Assembly (NCBI GenBank): GCA_964358705.1
Contig: CAYHPL010000012.1
Location: 39,247-103,246, forward strand
Reading direction: 5' to 3'
DNA from: an uncultured Chitinophagales bacterium
Lineage (GTDB): Bacteria; Bacteroidota; Ignavibacteria; UBA10030; F1-140-MAGs086
Length of the DNA stretch: 64,000 nt
Shown here: in pieces, positions 48,693-57,660 of the stretch
Numbering within the stretch: the first letter of the stretch is position 1
How the letters are laid out: each line of letters starts with the position of its first letter
The notes under the pieces: generated by a model
Told to the model about the DNA's origin: nothing
What the model saw: only the letters and a program-made list of their open reading frames with translations
Databases searched by the model: none
Translations under genes and position numbers: made by a program

Positions 48693-49061
48693 TCACGTCA
48701 CTCGCACCACAAATCCATCTTTTTCCATTTTCAAAATAAACACTGCGATGCGTCCGTAAATAGTATCTTCGGTTTCGTTGAATTGTACGCGCATCTTCTC
48801 TGCAATTTCGATGAGCGTCGTGTTGCCGTCGCAATTGTTCCATATAAAACTTCCACGTTCATCAAGTTTTACGCGAAAGTTTTTTTTCTTGAGCAGCGGA
48901 ACGAGCCATTGCACCATAAACGCATTGCGGAATTTCGGAATAAGAAGAACTATATTGCCGTTTGTTCCTGTTTCATATTGCAGATTGCGGCGATACGTTA
49001 ATTCAAAAATATTTTCTTCGGAGGTATTTTCTATTGTGTCAGTCATAGTATAAAAAAACAA
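48693..49061 (-). CDS. PqqD-family-like small protein (RiPP-recognition-element-like)
   Basis: …VKLDERGSFIWNNCDGNTTLIEIAEKMRVQFNETEDTIYGRIAVFILKMEKDGFVV fits the PqqD pattern (IW..DG..T..EI...L...F......D...F...L...G.V). Likely start is the internal M (49046). Confidence 0.45.
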   Translation of the reverse strand: MFFYTMTDTIENTSEENIFELTYRRNLQYETGTNGNIVLLIPKFRNAFMVQWLVPLLKKKNFRVKLDERGSFIWNNCDGNTTLIEIAEKMRVQFNETEDTIYGRIAVFILKMEKDGFVVRVT

Positions 49062-49115
49062 TTGGACGTTATCGCACTGACAACGTCCAATGTATTACTG
49101 TGTGTAAATAAAAAA

Positions 49116-51167
49116 TTACATTACTGCAATCGGTGGCGCCGGGTCATCCGGTTTTCCTGCATTCTTTACAGGAATATTTATAAGAATCCAACCGATAATT
49201 CCCAAAATTACGAGACTCGTAATGAATGACGGCTCTTGGAAAATCGCAAAGAGTTTTACTTCGCCAAATGCCAATGCGGCAAAGAGCAATCCAATCAATG
49301 CTTCGCCTGCAATCAAACCTGATGCGAGAAGAACGCCGGTATTTTCCACGCGCGCCTTTTGTGCATCGTTGTGTCCTTTTCGTGCATTCATTTTTTCAAC
49401 AAGTCCTTTGAAAATTCCACCGAGGAAAATTGCAAACGTTGTTTCGAGCGGCAAATACATACCAACACTGACAAGCATAGGGCTGCGAACCTGCATCAAT
49501 ATAAATCCTAAGCCCATCAACATTCCGACAACGATAAGGGGCCATGCCATTTGTCCGCCAACAATTCCTTGCGAAAGTAATGCCATCAAACTCGCTTGCG
49601 GCGCAGGAAGATTTTTTCCACCAAATCCTGTTCCACCGCTGTAAATATCGCCTTGATGCAAAACAATCAATGGGAGAAACATTACTGCTGAAGCAAGTCC
49701 AACGCCAATCAAATCGCCGATTTCCATTTTCCATGGAGTACCGCCGAGAATGTGTCCGACTTTTAAATCTTGCAACATCTCACCAGCAACTGCGGCAGAA
49801 ACGCAAACAACTGCAGCAACACCAAGAACTGCGGCAACACCTGTTTGACCTGTCATTCCGAGCGCAACCATCAACAATGCAGCAACAAGCAGTGTAGAAA
49901 GCGTCAATCCGCTGATAGGATTATTTGATGAACCGATTGTTCCTACGAGATAACCTGAAACAGCAGCAAAGAAAAATCCCGCAATAATCATCACAACGGT
50001 TGCAACCAAAGCCGCTCCTACATTTTGTGCGAAGTGATTGTATATGAAAAACGTTAATACGGCAGTGCCAAGAATTCCAATCATAATCCACTTGAAATTC
50101 AAATCTTGTTCGGTGCGTTCATTTACTTGTTCACCTGCGGCTGCTTTTTTTACATCGCTGATGGAACGACTGATACCTGCAATCAAACTCTTTCTCATTC
50201 TGAATAACGTAAATCCAGCGCTTACTAACATTCCTCCGATTGCAATTGGTCGCACAATGAAACGCCATACGCTTGTTGCCATTGCAATCCAATCACCGTC
50301 GGTGGGAGTCATTCCGGGATTTGAAACCAGCCAGTTCTCCAGTAAATTCGGTGCAAGGAAATATGTAATTATGGGAACGAACAATCCCCACGCAAGCAAT
50401 CCGCCGCTGAAGTTGAGTGAAGCAAGTTTTGGTCCGATGATGTAGCCGACGCCGATATATGCGGGACTGATTCCGGGAGAACTCAATACAATTCCACCGG
50501 GCATATTTTTCTTCGATTCGATGATAAGTTTTTTATCAACCAGCGTTTGCAGAATAAGCGGGAATGAAACGAATTTTTCCCACGATGTTGCAAAGAATTT
50601 AAATTGACCGAGTGACTGGACGAGCGCACCAAATCCCATTGCGGTGAATAAAAATTTTGCTCCTGTTCCGCCTGCGCGTCCTGCTTTATGAATTTCAGAA
50701 GCGGCAACAGATTCGGGAAATGGAAGGTCAACATCTTCTACCATTACACGACGAAGAAGCGCAACGAACATGATGCCGAGAACGCCGCCTGCAAGCATAA
50801 TAAATGTTGATTCAAGGTAATGTCCTGTTGTTGCAAACTCGGGCCAAATTCCTGCAATATAAAATGCGGGAATAGTGAAAATTGCGCCGGCAGCAACGGA
50901 TTCACCAATTGAGCCGACGGTACGAGCAAAGTTTTCTTCGAGAATACTTCCTTTCATTACACGCAATAATGCCATACCGATAACTGCGGCGGGATATGTA
51001 GCGGCAATGGTCATTCCTGCTTTTAAACCGAGATAAGCATTCGCCGCGCCAAGCACGACGCACATTATCAATCCGATGACGAGCGCACGCACGGTGAATT
51101 CCTTCATATCAGTATTCGCCGATACGAACGGCATAAATTTTGAAGGTGTTTTTGATTGTTCAGCCAT
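49116..51167 (-). CDS. OPT family oligopeptide transporter
   Basis: 683 aa polytopic membrane protein with the N-terminus ...FTVRALVIGLIMCVVLGAANAYLGLKAGMTIAATYPAAVIGMALL typical of bacterial OPT transporters. Confidence 0.75.
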   Translation of the reverse strand: MAEQSKTPSKFMPFVSANTDMKEFTVRALVIGLIMCVVLGAANAYLGLKAGMTIAATYPAAVIGMALLRVMKGSILEENFARTVGSIGESVAAGAIFTIPAFYIAGIWPEFATTGHYLESTFIMLAGGVLGIMFVALLRRVMVEDVDLPFPESVAASEIHKAGRAGGTGAKFLFTAMGFGALVQSLGQFKFFATSWEKFVSFPLILQTLVDKKLIIESKKNMPGGIVLSSPGISPAYIGVGYIIGPKLASLNFSGGLLAWGLFVPIITYFLAPNLLENWLVSNPGMTPTDGDWIAMATSVWRFIVRPIAIGGMLVSAGFTLFRMRKSLIAGISRSISDVKKAAAGEQVNERTEQDLNFKWIMIGILGTAVLTFFIYNHFAQNVGAALVATVVMIIAGFFFAAVSGYLVGTIGSSNNPISGLTLSTLLVAALLMVALGMTGQTGVAAVLGVAAVVCVSAAVAGEMLQDLKVGHILGGTPWKMEIGDLIGVGLASAVMFLPLIVLHQGDIYSGGTGFGGKNLPAPQASLMALLSQGIVGGQMAWPLIVVGMLMGLGFILMQVRSPMLVSVGMYLPLETTFAIFLGGIFKGLVEKMNARKGHNDAQKARVENTGVLLASGLIAGEALIGLLFAALAFGEVKLFAIFQEPSFITSLVILGIIGWILINIPVKNAGKPDDPAPPIAVM

Positions 51168-51223
51168 AATTTTTTCCTATGATGGTGTGAAAATAGAATT
51201 GTGAGTTAAAAAATAAAATTTAT

Positions 51224-52132
51224 TTAGTGCGCATCTTTCATTCCGAAAATTGCTTTAAATACATAGCCGGCTATTTCAGGATTTTCTTTGAAGCGCCGGA
51301 TTGAATATTTGTGCCAATGCTCACCGTAAGGTACATAGATGCGAATACGGTCATTATTCGCTACGATTTTATCGCGTAAATCTTCGCGGACGCCGAGAAG
51401 CATCTGAAATTCGTATTCTTTTTTCTGCAACTGATATTGTTTGATGAGCGAATGTGCCGCATCTATCAAAACATAATCGTGTGTTGCAATGCCGACGTAT
51501 GTTTTTGCCGCAAACATCATTGCAAGAAGTTTGGTAAAATTATCCTGAATTTCTTTTCGCTTTTTAAACGCAATGGATTCCGGTTCAATATAAATTCCTT
51601 TGCAGAGACGCACGTTTCCTTTGTCAGCAATGATTTGTTTTATGTCGTCTTCACTTCGTCTCAAATACGCCTGTATTACGATTCCCGTATGCGGAAAATC
51701 TTTTAACACAGAACGATAAATTTTTAATGTGGCATCGGTGCACGTATGGTCTTCCATATCAATGCGGGTAAAATATCCGTACTCTTTTGCTTTGCTCAGA
51801 ATGCTACGCAGATTTTCCTCGCACAATCCAACATCGAGTTTTAATCCGAGTTGCGAAAGTTTTACCGACAAATTTGCATCAATGGATGATTGATGAATTG
51901 CCGTCAGTGTTTCGATGCACTTTGTGCGGAAAAAAATTGTCTCGTTGCGGTGCGTAACATCTTCACCGAGCACATCTACTGTCGCCATTATTTTTTTTTG
52001 ATTTAACGAGCGTACAACGCGCGTAACGTCTTCAAGATTTTTTCCTGCAATATAGCGGCGAGCAAACATCCACATTATCGGTTTTGGCACTGCAGGCAAA
52101 ACAGTGTTGACGGCTTGATTGAGAAATTTCAT
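51224..52132 (-). CDS. Proline dehydrogenase family protein
   Basis: 302 aa TIM-barrel with ProDH-like conserved blocks (…ATVDVLGEDV…, …YVPYGEHW…). Confidence 0.7.
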   Translation of the reverse strand: MKFLNQAVNTVLPAVPKPIMWMFARRYIAGKNLEDVTRVVRSLNQKKIMATVDVLGEDVTHRNETIFFRTKCIETLTAIHQSSIDANLSVKLSQLGLKLDVGLCEENLRSILSKAKEYGYFTRIDMEDHTCTDATLKIYRSVLKDFPHTGIVIQAYLRRSEDDIKQIIADKGNVRLCKGIYIEPESIAFKKRKEIQDNFTKLLAMMFAAKTYVGIATHDYVLIDAAHSLIKQYQLQKKEYEFQMLLGVREDLRDKIVANNDRIRIYVPYGEHWHKYSIRRFKENPEIAGYVFKAIFGMKDAH

Positions 52133-52243
52133 CTCAGAGACAACTAATAACTACGTTGAGAACAATTTACGATAATATCATATCGTATCTTAAAAAAATA
52201 ATGACACAATATAAGAGATTTTGGAATTTGCAGTTGAAAAATT

Positions 52244-53719
52244 TCAATTTTTCTTTTTCCACGTCGTGCCGTCTTTTGTGTCTTCAAGCGTGATGTTCAA
52301 TTCGTTGAGACCATCGCGGATTTTGTCGGAAAGTTTCCAAAGTTTTTCTGCGCGGAGTTCTTTGCGTAATGCAATGAGAATGTTCATCAATTCGTTTTCT
52401 GATGTTCCGCCTGAAGTTGTATTTTCTATTTCTACGGGAATTATTCCTAAAACATTTTCACCGACTTCTGTAAAAAAATTATCTATTTCTTGTAATTGCT
52501 CTTTGTTTACATTTCCGCTCGCAAGCAGTGAATTTACTTCTCTGCTGAAGTCAAACAGCATTGCAACTACTTGCGGTGTGTTGAAATCATCGTTCATCGC
52601 TTCGGTGAATTGTAATTTGTAATTTGTCATTTGCAATTTGTTACCCACTTCAAACGCCGCGCTCCAATCTCCACGCTCTTTGCTTTCCGCTCTCTTCCTT
52701 CTTACATTGCGGACTGTATTCAAAAGTTTCTCGTATCCTTTTGCGGCGCTTGCGATTGCTTCTTCGGAGAAATCAAGCGTGCTGCGATAGTGGCTTTGTA
52801 AAATAAAGAAACGAAGTTCAAGCGGATGGAATTTTTGAAATAAATCTTTCAGTGTGGTGAAGTTGCCGAGTGACTTGCTCATTTTTTGTCCATTCACTGT
52901 GACGAGATTGTTGTGCAGAAAGTATTTTGCAAATGGTTTTTCATTTGCGCAGACACTTTGTGCGATTTCACATTCGTGATGCGGAAATTGGTTATCCATT
53001 CCACCGCCGTGAATATCAAATGTTTCGCCGAGATATTTCATTGACATTGCGGAACATTCTACGTGCCATCCGGGAAAACCTTTGCCCCATGGGCTTGTCC
53101 ATTGCATAATGTGTTCGGGTTCTGCGCGTTTCCATAAAGCGAAATCGTTGGGATGTCGTTTTTCGCTTCTCGATTCTACGCGCGTACCCGTTTCTGATTC
53201 TTCGATGGTGCGGTTGGAAAGTTTTCCATAATCGGGAAATGTTGCAACATCGAAATATACGGAGCCATTGGATTCGTACGCAAATCCTTTTTTGATGAGT
53301 GTTTGTACGAGTTCAATCTGCTCGATGATGTGTCCTGTAGCGCGCGGAGAAATATCGGGACGGAGAACATTGAGTTTGTCCATATCTTCAAAGTAACTGC
53401 GCGTGTAAAACTCTGCTACTTCCATCGGGTGTTTGTGTTCTGCGCGGCTTTGTTTCAACATTCTGTCTTCACCTTCATTTGTTTCGCCGAGAAGATGTCC
53501 GACATCGGTGATGTTCTGTACATACGTGACGTTGTAACCGATGTAACGCAAATAGCGGACAATCACATCGAACGAGACGTAACTTTTTCCGTGTCCGATG
53601 TGCGAGTGTCCATATACCGTTGGACCGCAGACGTACATTCCGACATGTTTTCCGTTTTCGTCAAGCGGATGGAATTCTTCTTTGCGGCGCGTGAGGGTGT
53701 TGTAGAGGTGGAGATGCAT
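52244..53719 (-). CDS. cysS: Cysteine--tRNA ligase
   Basis: HIGH motif GHSHIGHG, KMSKS motif QKMSKSLGN, CysRS N-terminal MHLHLYNTLTRRKEEF. Confidence 0.9.
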   Translation of the reverse strand: MHLHLYNTLTRRKEEFHPLDENGKHVGMYVCGPTVYGHSHIGHGKSYVSFDVIVRYLRYIGYNVTYVQNITDVGHLLGETNEGEDRMLKQSRAEHKHPMEVAEFYTRSYFEDMDKLNVLRPDISPRATGHIIEQIELVQTLIKKGFAYESNGSVYFDVATFPDYGKLSNRTIEESETGTRVESRSEKRHPNDFALWKRAEPEHIMQWTSPWGKGFPGWHVECSAMSMKYLGETFDIHGGGMDNQFPHHECEIAQSVCANEKPFAKYFLHNNLVTVNGQKMSKSLGNFTTLKDLFQKFHPLELRFFILQSHYRSTLDFSEEAIASAAKGYEKLLNTVRNVRRKRAESKERGDWSAAFEVGNKLQMTNYKLQFTEAMNDDFNTPQVVAMLFDFSREVNSLLASGNVNKEQLQEIDNFFTEVGENVLGIIPVEIENTTSGGTSENELMNILIALRKELRAEKLWKLSDKIRDGLNELNITLEDTKDGTTWKKKN

Positions 53720-53754
53720 TGAGATTAAGTAGCTAATTTTTAGTAATTATTTTT

Positions 53755-55482
53755 CTACTGGTTTGTTACAGGTTTTATATTTTCGAGTATGAAATAAAGT
53801 TTTTCTGACACTTCAGGATCTATTTTTTCCATAGGTAAATAGTCAATTAAGTCAACATAATTTCTTTTTGATGAATTACCACGATAACCCATGTATTTGT
53901 AAAATGCTTTCAGTATTTTTTCAATTTCAATACTTGCTTTTACATCTGACCAATACGAATCATTTTCATCTCTTTTTGCGACACCGGGCAAGACATCGTC
54001 CAGAGCATTTTCCATCGCTTCTTTTCTTTGATTTGCTTCTGACGTACCGAATAAATCGTTTGAAACAATTCCAATAGCCCAACTGAGCATTACCTGTCGG
54101 CTAAAAAAATAATTTTCAATTTCGTTCTTTTTCCATTTAGTCTCATTCAATCCTTTTAGGTCGCCAATTGAGAACTGAATGTTATCATATAAAGCAATTC
54201 CTATCAAATCAGGTTTTGCATCTTTTAATCCTGTGAAATGACTGCGTGCCTGAGTTGGGTCGTTAGTATTAATTGTTTTATGAAAACAATTTTCCAGTTT
54301 GTCTAACACGGGATGATTTAACTTTTCTGCAAACTTTTTTAAAATTGGTAAGTCAGTGCCTCCCTCCAGATATAATATCCATCCATTTTGTTGTGCCAAA
54401 ACGTATTCTTCAAACCCAATGGTTCTAAGTGCTTTTAATATTTCGTTTAGATTATTACCATTATAAAATTTTGGTCTGGAGTGTGGATAAAGGACAATTA
54501 TGTTATCCTTTGAATTAGCCGCTTTACGTAATACAACTTCTGAATGACTTGCAATTAATAATTGAGAACCTTTTTTCTGAGCCATTTCGGACAATAATTC
54601 ATAGACCTGTTCTTGCTTTAATATTTCCAAATGAGCATCTGGTTCATCAAGCAAAACGATGCATTTAGGTTTTATCAGTAAATAAGCAAGCAAAAGTATA
54701 ATTTGCTGCATACCTCTTCCTGATGAAGTCATTTCTAACTCATTTCCTTTTGCATCAATGTATTTCAACTTAATAATGCCTTTGTTATCTAATTCGGGCT
54801 TAATCAGTTCAACCCAAAAAAGTTTCTTCAGCTTTTCTGTCATTAATTTCCAGTCCTCAATTGGATCACGCCCCTTTGATAATATTTCACTTTCTGGATT
54901 TACAACCTGGTAACATAAATTTCCTAAAACCTCTGCCGTTCTTCCTTCGCCCATTCTGTATTCAACAGTAGAAAACAATAATTTCTCTTCCTCTAATTTT
55001 AGCCCCGACATTGGAGGAAGAAATGCCACATTTATTTTTTGGAGCAATTCCACATCATCATTTGCAATATTATTTTCAATATCTGATAATGGTTTTACAT
55101 AAATAGTTTCTTCACTGTCATACCTGAATTCCAATCCACAAATCCAATCTTTCCCTTCATCAATCCCCTTTACACTAATCTCAATATGAACATCTTTTGT
55201 GGAAGCTCGTGTGAAGAGGTTGGTCCATATAAACTTGCTTTTTGAAACAGGAATAGCAAACAAATCCTTTTTGTTCATTACTGCACCGGTCCTAATTTGT
55301 GCTTTTGAATTTTGCTTTTTTTCAACCCATTTTTTTGCACCATAATTCCATAACGCCAATGCTTGTAACGCAGTTGTTTTGCCCGAGTTATTTGGTCCTA
55401 TAAATACAACATTCCCTTCTAAAGGCATCCAATCAGTTTCTTCCAATGCCTTAAAATTTTTAATCTTAATTGCGGTAATCAT
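53755..55482 (-). CDS. OLD/PARIS-like ABC-ATPase with C-terminal Toprim-like region (putative ATP-dependent nuclease)
   Basis: N-terminal Walker A FIGPNNSGKTTALQAL, Walker B LLDEPDAHLE, D-loop/H-loop LLIASHSEVV. C-terminal ILYLEGGTD (Toprim motif-1-like hhhhEGxxD) and ALYDN. 575 aa. No partner gene. Confidence 0.5.
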   Translation of the reverse strand: MITAIKIKNFKALEETDWMPLEGNVVFIGPNNSGKTTALQALALWNYGAKKWVEKKQNSKAQIRTGAVMNKKDLFAIPVSKSKFIWTNLFTRASTKDVHIEISVKGIDEGKDWICGLEFRYDSEETIYVKPLSDIENNIANDDVELLQKINVAFLPPMSGLKLEEEKLLFSTVEYRMGEGRTAEVLGNLCYQVVNPESEILSKGRDPIEDWKLMTEKLKKLFWVELIKPELDNKGIIKLKYIDAKGNELEMTSSGRGMQQIILLLAYLLIKPKCIVLLDEPDAHLEILKQEQVYELLSEMAQKKGSQLLIASHSEVVLRKAANSKDNIIVLYPHSRPKFYNGNNLNEILKALRTIGFEEYVLAQQNGWILYLEGGTDLPILKKFAEKLNHPVLDKLENCFHKTINTNDPTQARSHFTGLKDAKPDLIGIALYDNIQFSIGDLKGLNETKWKKNEIENYFFSRQVMLSWAIGIVSNDLFGTSEANQRKEAMENALDDVLPGVAKRDENDSYWSDVKASIEIEKILKAFYKYMGYRGNSSKRNYVDLIDYLPMEKIDPEVSEKLYFILENIKPVTNQ

Positions 55483-55504
55483 TATAGTATTTTAAAAATT
55501 ATTT

Positions 55505-57649
55505 TTACGGAACTATCCCTTGCTGCATCAAAATATATGCGTAATCAAATGCAACTTCTTTCAGTCGGTCGTATCTGCCGGAAGAGCCGCCGTGTCCGCT
55601 TCCCATATTGATTTTCACCAGCACCGTGTTAATATCTGTTTTCATTGAGCGGATTTTTGCAGCGAATTTTGTTCCTTCCCAATAGCCAACGCGCGGGTCA
55701 TTCAATCCGACTTTCACAAGCAGATTCGGATACAGCTGCGGCATTACATTTGTGTACGGGCAATACGATTTCATATACTCGTAAGCAATTTTTTCGTTTG
55801 GATTTCCCCATTCAAGATATTCACCTGTTGTGAGAGGAAGTGATGCATCGAGCATCGTATTCATTACATCAACAAAAGGAACTTGCGCAAGAACTGCTTT
55901 AAATAAATCCGGTCGCATATTTGTTACTGCTCCCATCAGCAAGCCGCCCGCACTTCCTCCTTCAATCGTGAGATGTTCTTTTGAAGTATATTTTTTTTCT
56001 ATCAGATATTCTGCGCAGGAAATAAAATCTGTAAATGTATTTCTTTTGTTGAGTAATTTACCATCATCGTACCATTCCCTTCCCATATCGCCGCTGCCGC
56101 GAATGTGTGCAATCGCAAAAATAAATCCGCGATTCAATAAACTTAAACGATTGGAACTGAACGTTGGATAGGTAACAGAGCCGTATGAACCATAGCCGTA
56201 TAAATGCAATGGCGTATTTGAGTTTATTGTAATGCCTTTTTTATACACAAGTGAAATTGGAATTTGTTTTCCGTCTGCCGCCGTAGCATAAATTCTTTCC
56301 GATTGGTATTGTGTCTGGTCATAGCCACCAATAACTTCCTGCTGCTTCAAAAGAGTTTTTTCTTTCGTGTCGAGATTGTAATCGTAAATGGAATTTGGCG
56401 TTACGAGCGATTGATAACTGAAGCGATACACATTTGTTTCGAAAACGCGATTCACATTTTGAAAAACAGAATACACCGGCTCTGCAAATGCAATGTAATG
56501 CGTTGCATTTGTTTTGAAATTTGTAACGCGCACTTTCTGCACGCCTTTCTCGCGTTCAAAAGCAACAAAATGATGTGCAAAAAAATCTACTCCTTCCAGT
56601 GTTACATCCGTTCGCGACGGAATTACTTCTCTCCAATTTTTTTCTGATGGATCTGAAACCGGCGCAGCAACCAATTTGAATGTCTTTGCATTTTTATTTG
56701 TCAGGAAATAAAAATTATCACCGTTGTGGCTTACAGAGTATTCGTGTCCGTGCTCTCGCGGAAAAATAATGGAAAATTTTCCTTCAGGATTTTTTGCAGA
56801 AAGATACATCCATTCATTCGCATCACTTGCGCCTGCGCTCGCAAAAATATATTCATCACTTTCCGAACGGGAAATATCAAGCGAATACAGCGGGTCAGTT
56901 TCTTCGACAAGCAATTCATCGTTTGCAACATTGCTGCCGAGATGATGACGAAATACACGATACGGACGCCATGCAGAATCGCGTGTTGAATAGAAGATTG
57001 TTGCATTATCCATCGCCCATACTACGGAAACAACATCATCCACTCTGTCATTTAATAACGAACCGTCATTCATGTTTTTTACAAAGAGAATAAAATTTTC
57101 ATGTCCGCTGGTGTCTGCGGAATATGCTACAAATTTTCCATCGGGGCTTATTGTCGTTTCACCGAAGCGAAAATAACTATACTGTTTTCCCAATTCATTT
57201 TGGTCCAAATAAATTTCTTCCGGCGCATTAAGATTATTTTTCTTTCTGCAATAGAACGGATATTGTTTTCCTTTCTCTGTTCGTGTATAATAAAAATAGT
57301 CGCCTTCACGATACGGCACATTGACATCGGTTTCCTTAATGCGGCTGAGCATTTCATTGTACAGACTTTCCTGCAACGCTTCCGTGGATTTCATTACAAC
57401 ATCGGTGTATGTATTTTCCGATTTGAGATACTCAATGACGTCAGGATTTTCTTTGTCGCGAATCCAGAAATAGTTATCTGTGCGAATATCATTGAATACC
57501 GTATCTGCTTTTGGAATTATTTTTGCGGCAGGAGGCGTGAGTGCATCTTTCTTCTCTTGTGCATAAACAACAAATGAAAATAGAGTTATTGCAAACAATA
57601 CGTTTAAAATTAATTTGTTCTTCATTGGAGTTGTAAGGATAATGTTCAT
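55505..57649 (-). CDS. S9 family prolyl oligopeptidase / oligopeptidase B-like serine peptidase
   Basis: Signal peptide, beta-propeller N-domain, catalytic domain with GGSAGGLL (GxSxGG nucleophile elbow). Confidence 0.8.
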   Translation of the reverse strand: MNIILTTPMKNKLILNVLFAITLFSFVVYAQEKKDALTPPAAKIIPKADTVFNDIRTDNYFWIRDKENPDVIEYLKSENTYTDVVMKSTEALQESLYNEMLSRIKETDVNVPYREGDYFYYTRTEKGKQYPFYCRKKNNLNAPEEIYLDQNELGKQYSYFRFGETTISPDGKFVAYSADTSGHENFILFVKNMNDGSLLNDRVDDVVSVVWAMDNATIFYSTRDSAWRPYRVFRHHLGSNVANDELLVEETDPLYSLDISRSESDEYIFASAGASDANEWMYLSAKNPEGKFSIIFPREHGHEYSVSHNGDNFYFLTNKNAKTFKLVAAPVSDPSEKNWREVIPSRTDVTLEGVDFFAHHFVAFEREKGVQKVRVTNFKTNATHYIAFAEPVYSVFQNVNRVFETNVYRFSYQSLVTPNSIYDYNLDTKEKTLLKQQEVIGGYDQTQYQSERIYATAADGKQIPISLVYKKGITINSNTPLHLYGYGSYGSVTYPTFSSNRLSLLNRGFIFAIAHIRGSGDMGREWYDDGKLLNKRNTFTDFISCAEYLIEKKYTSKEHLTIEGGSAGGLLMGAVTNMRPDLFKAVLAQVPFVDVMNTMLDASLPLTTGEYLEWGNPNEKIAYEYMKSYCPYTNVMPQLYPNLLVKVGLNDPRVGYWEGTKFAAKIRSMKTDINTVLVKINMGSGHGGSSGRYDRLKEVAFDYAYILMQQGIVP

Positions 57650-57660
57650 AAATATTTATT

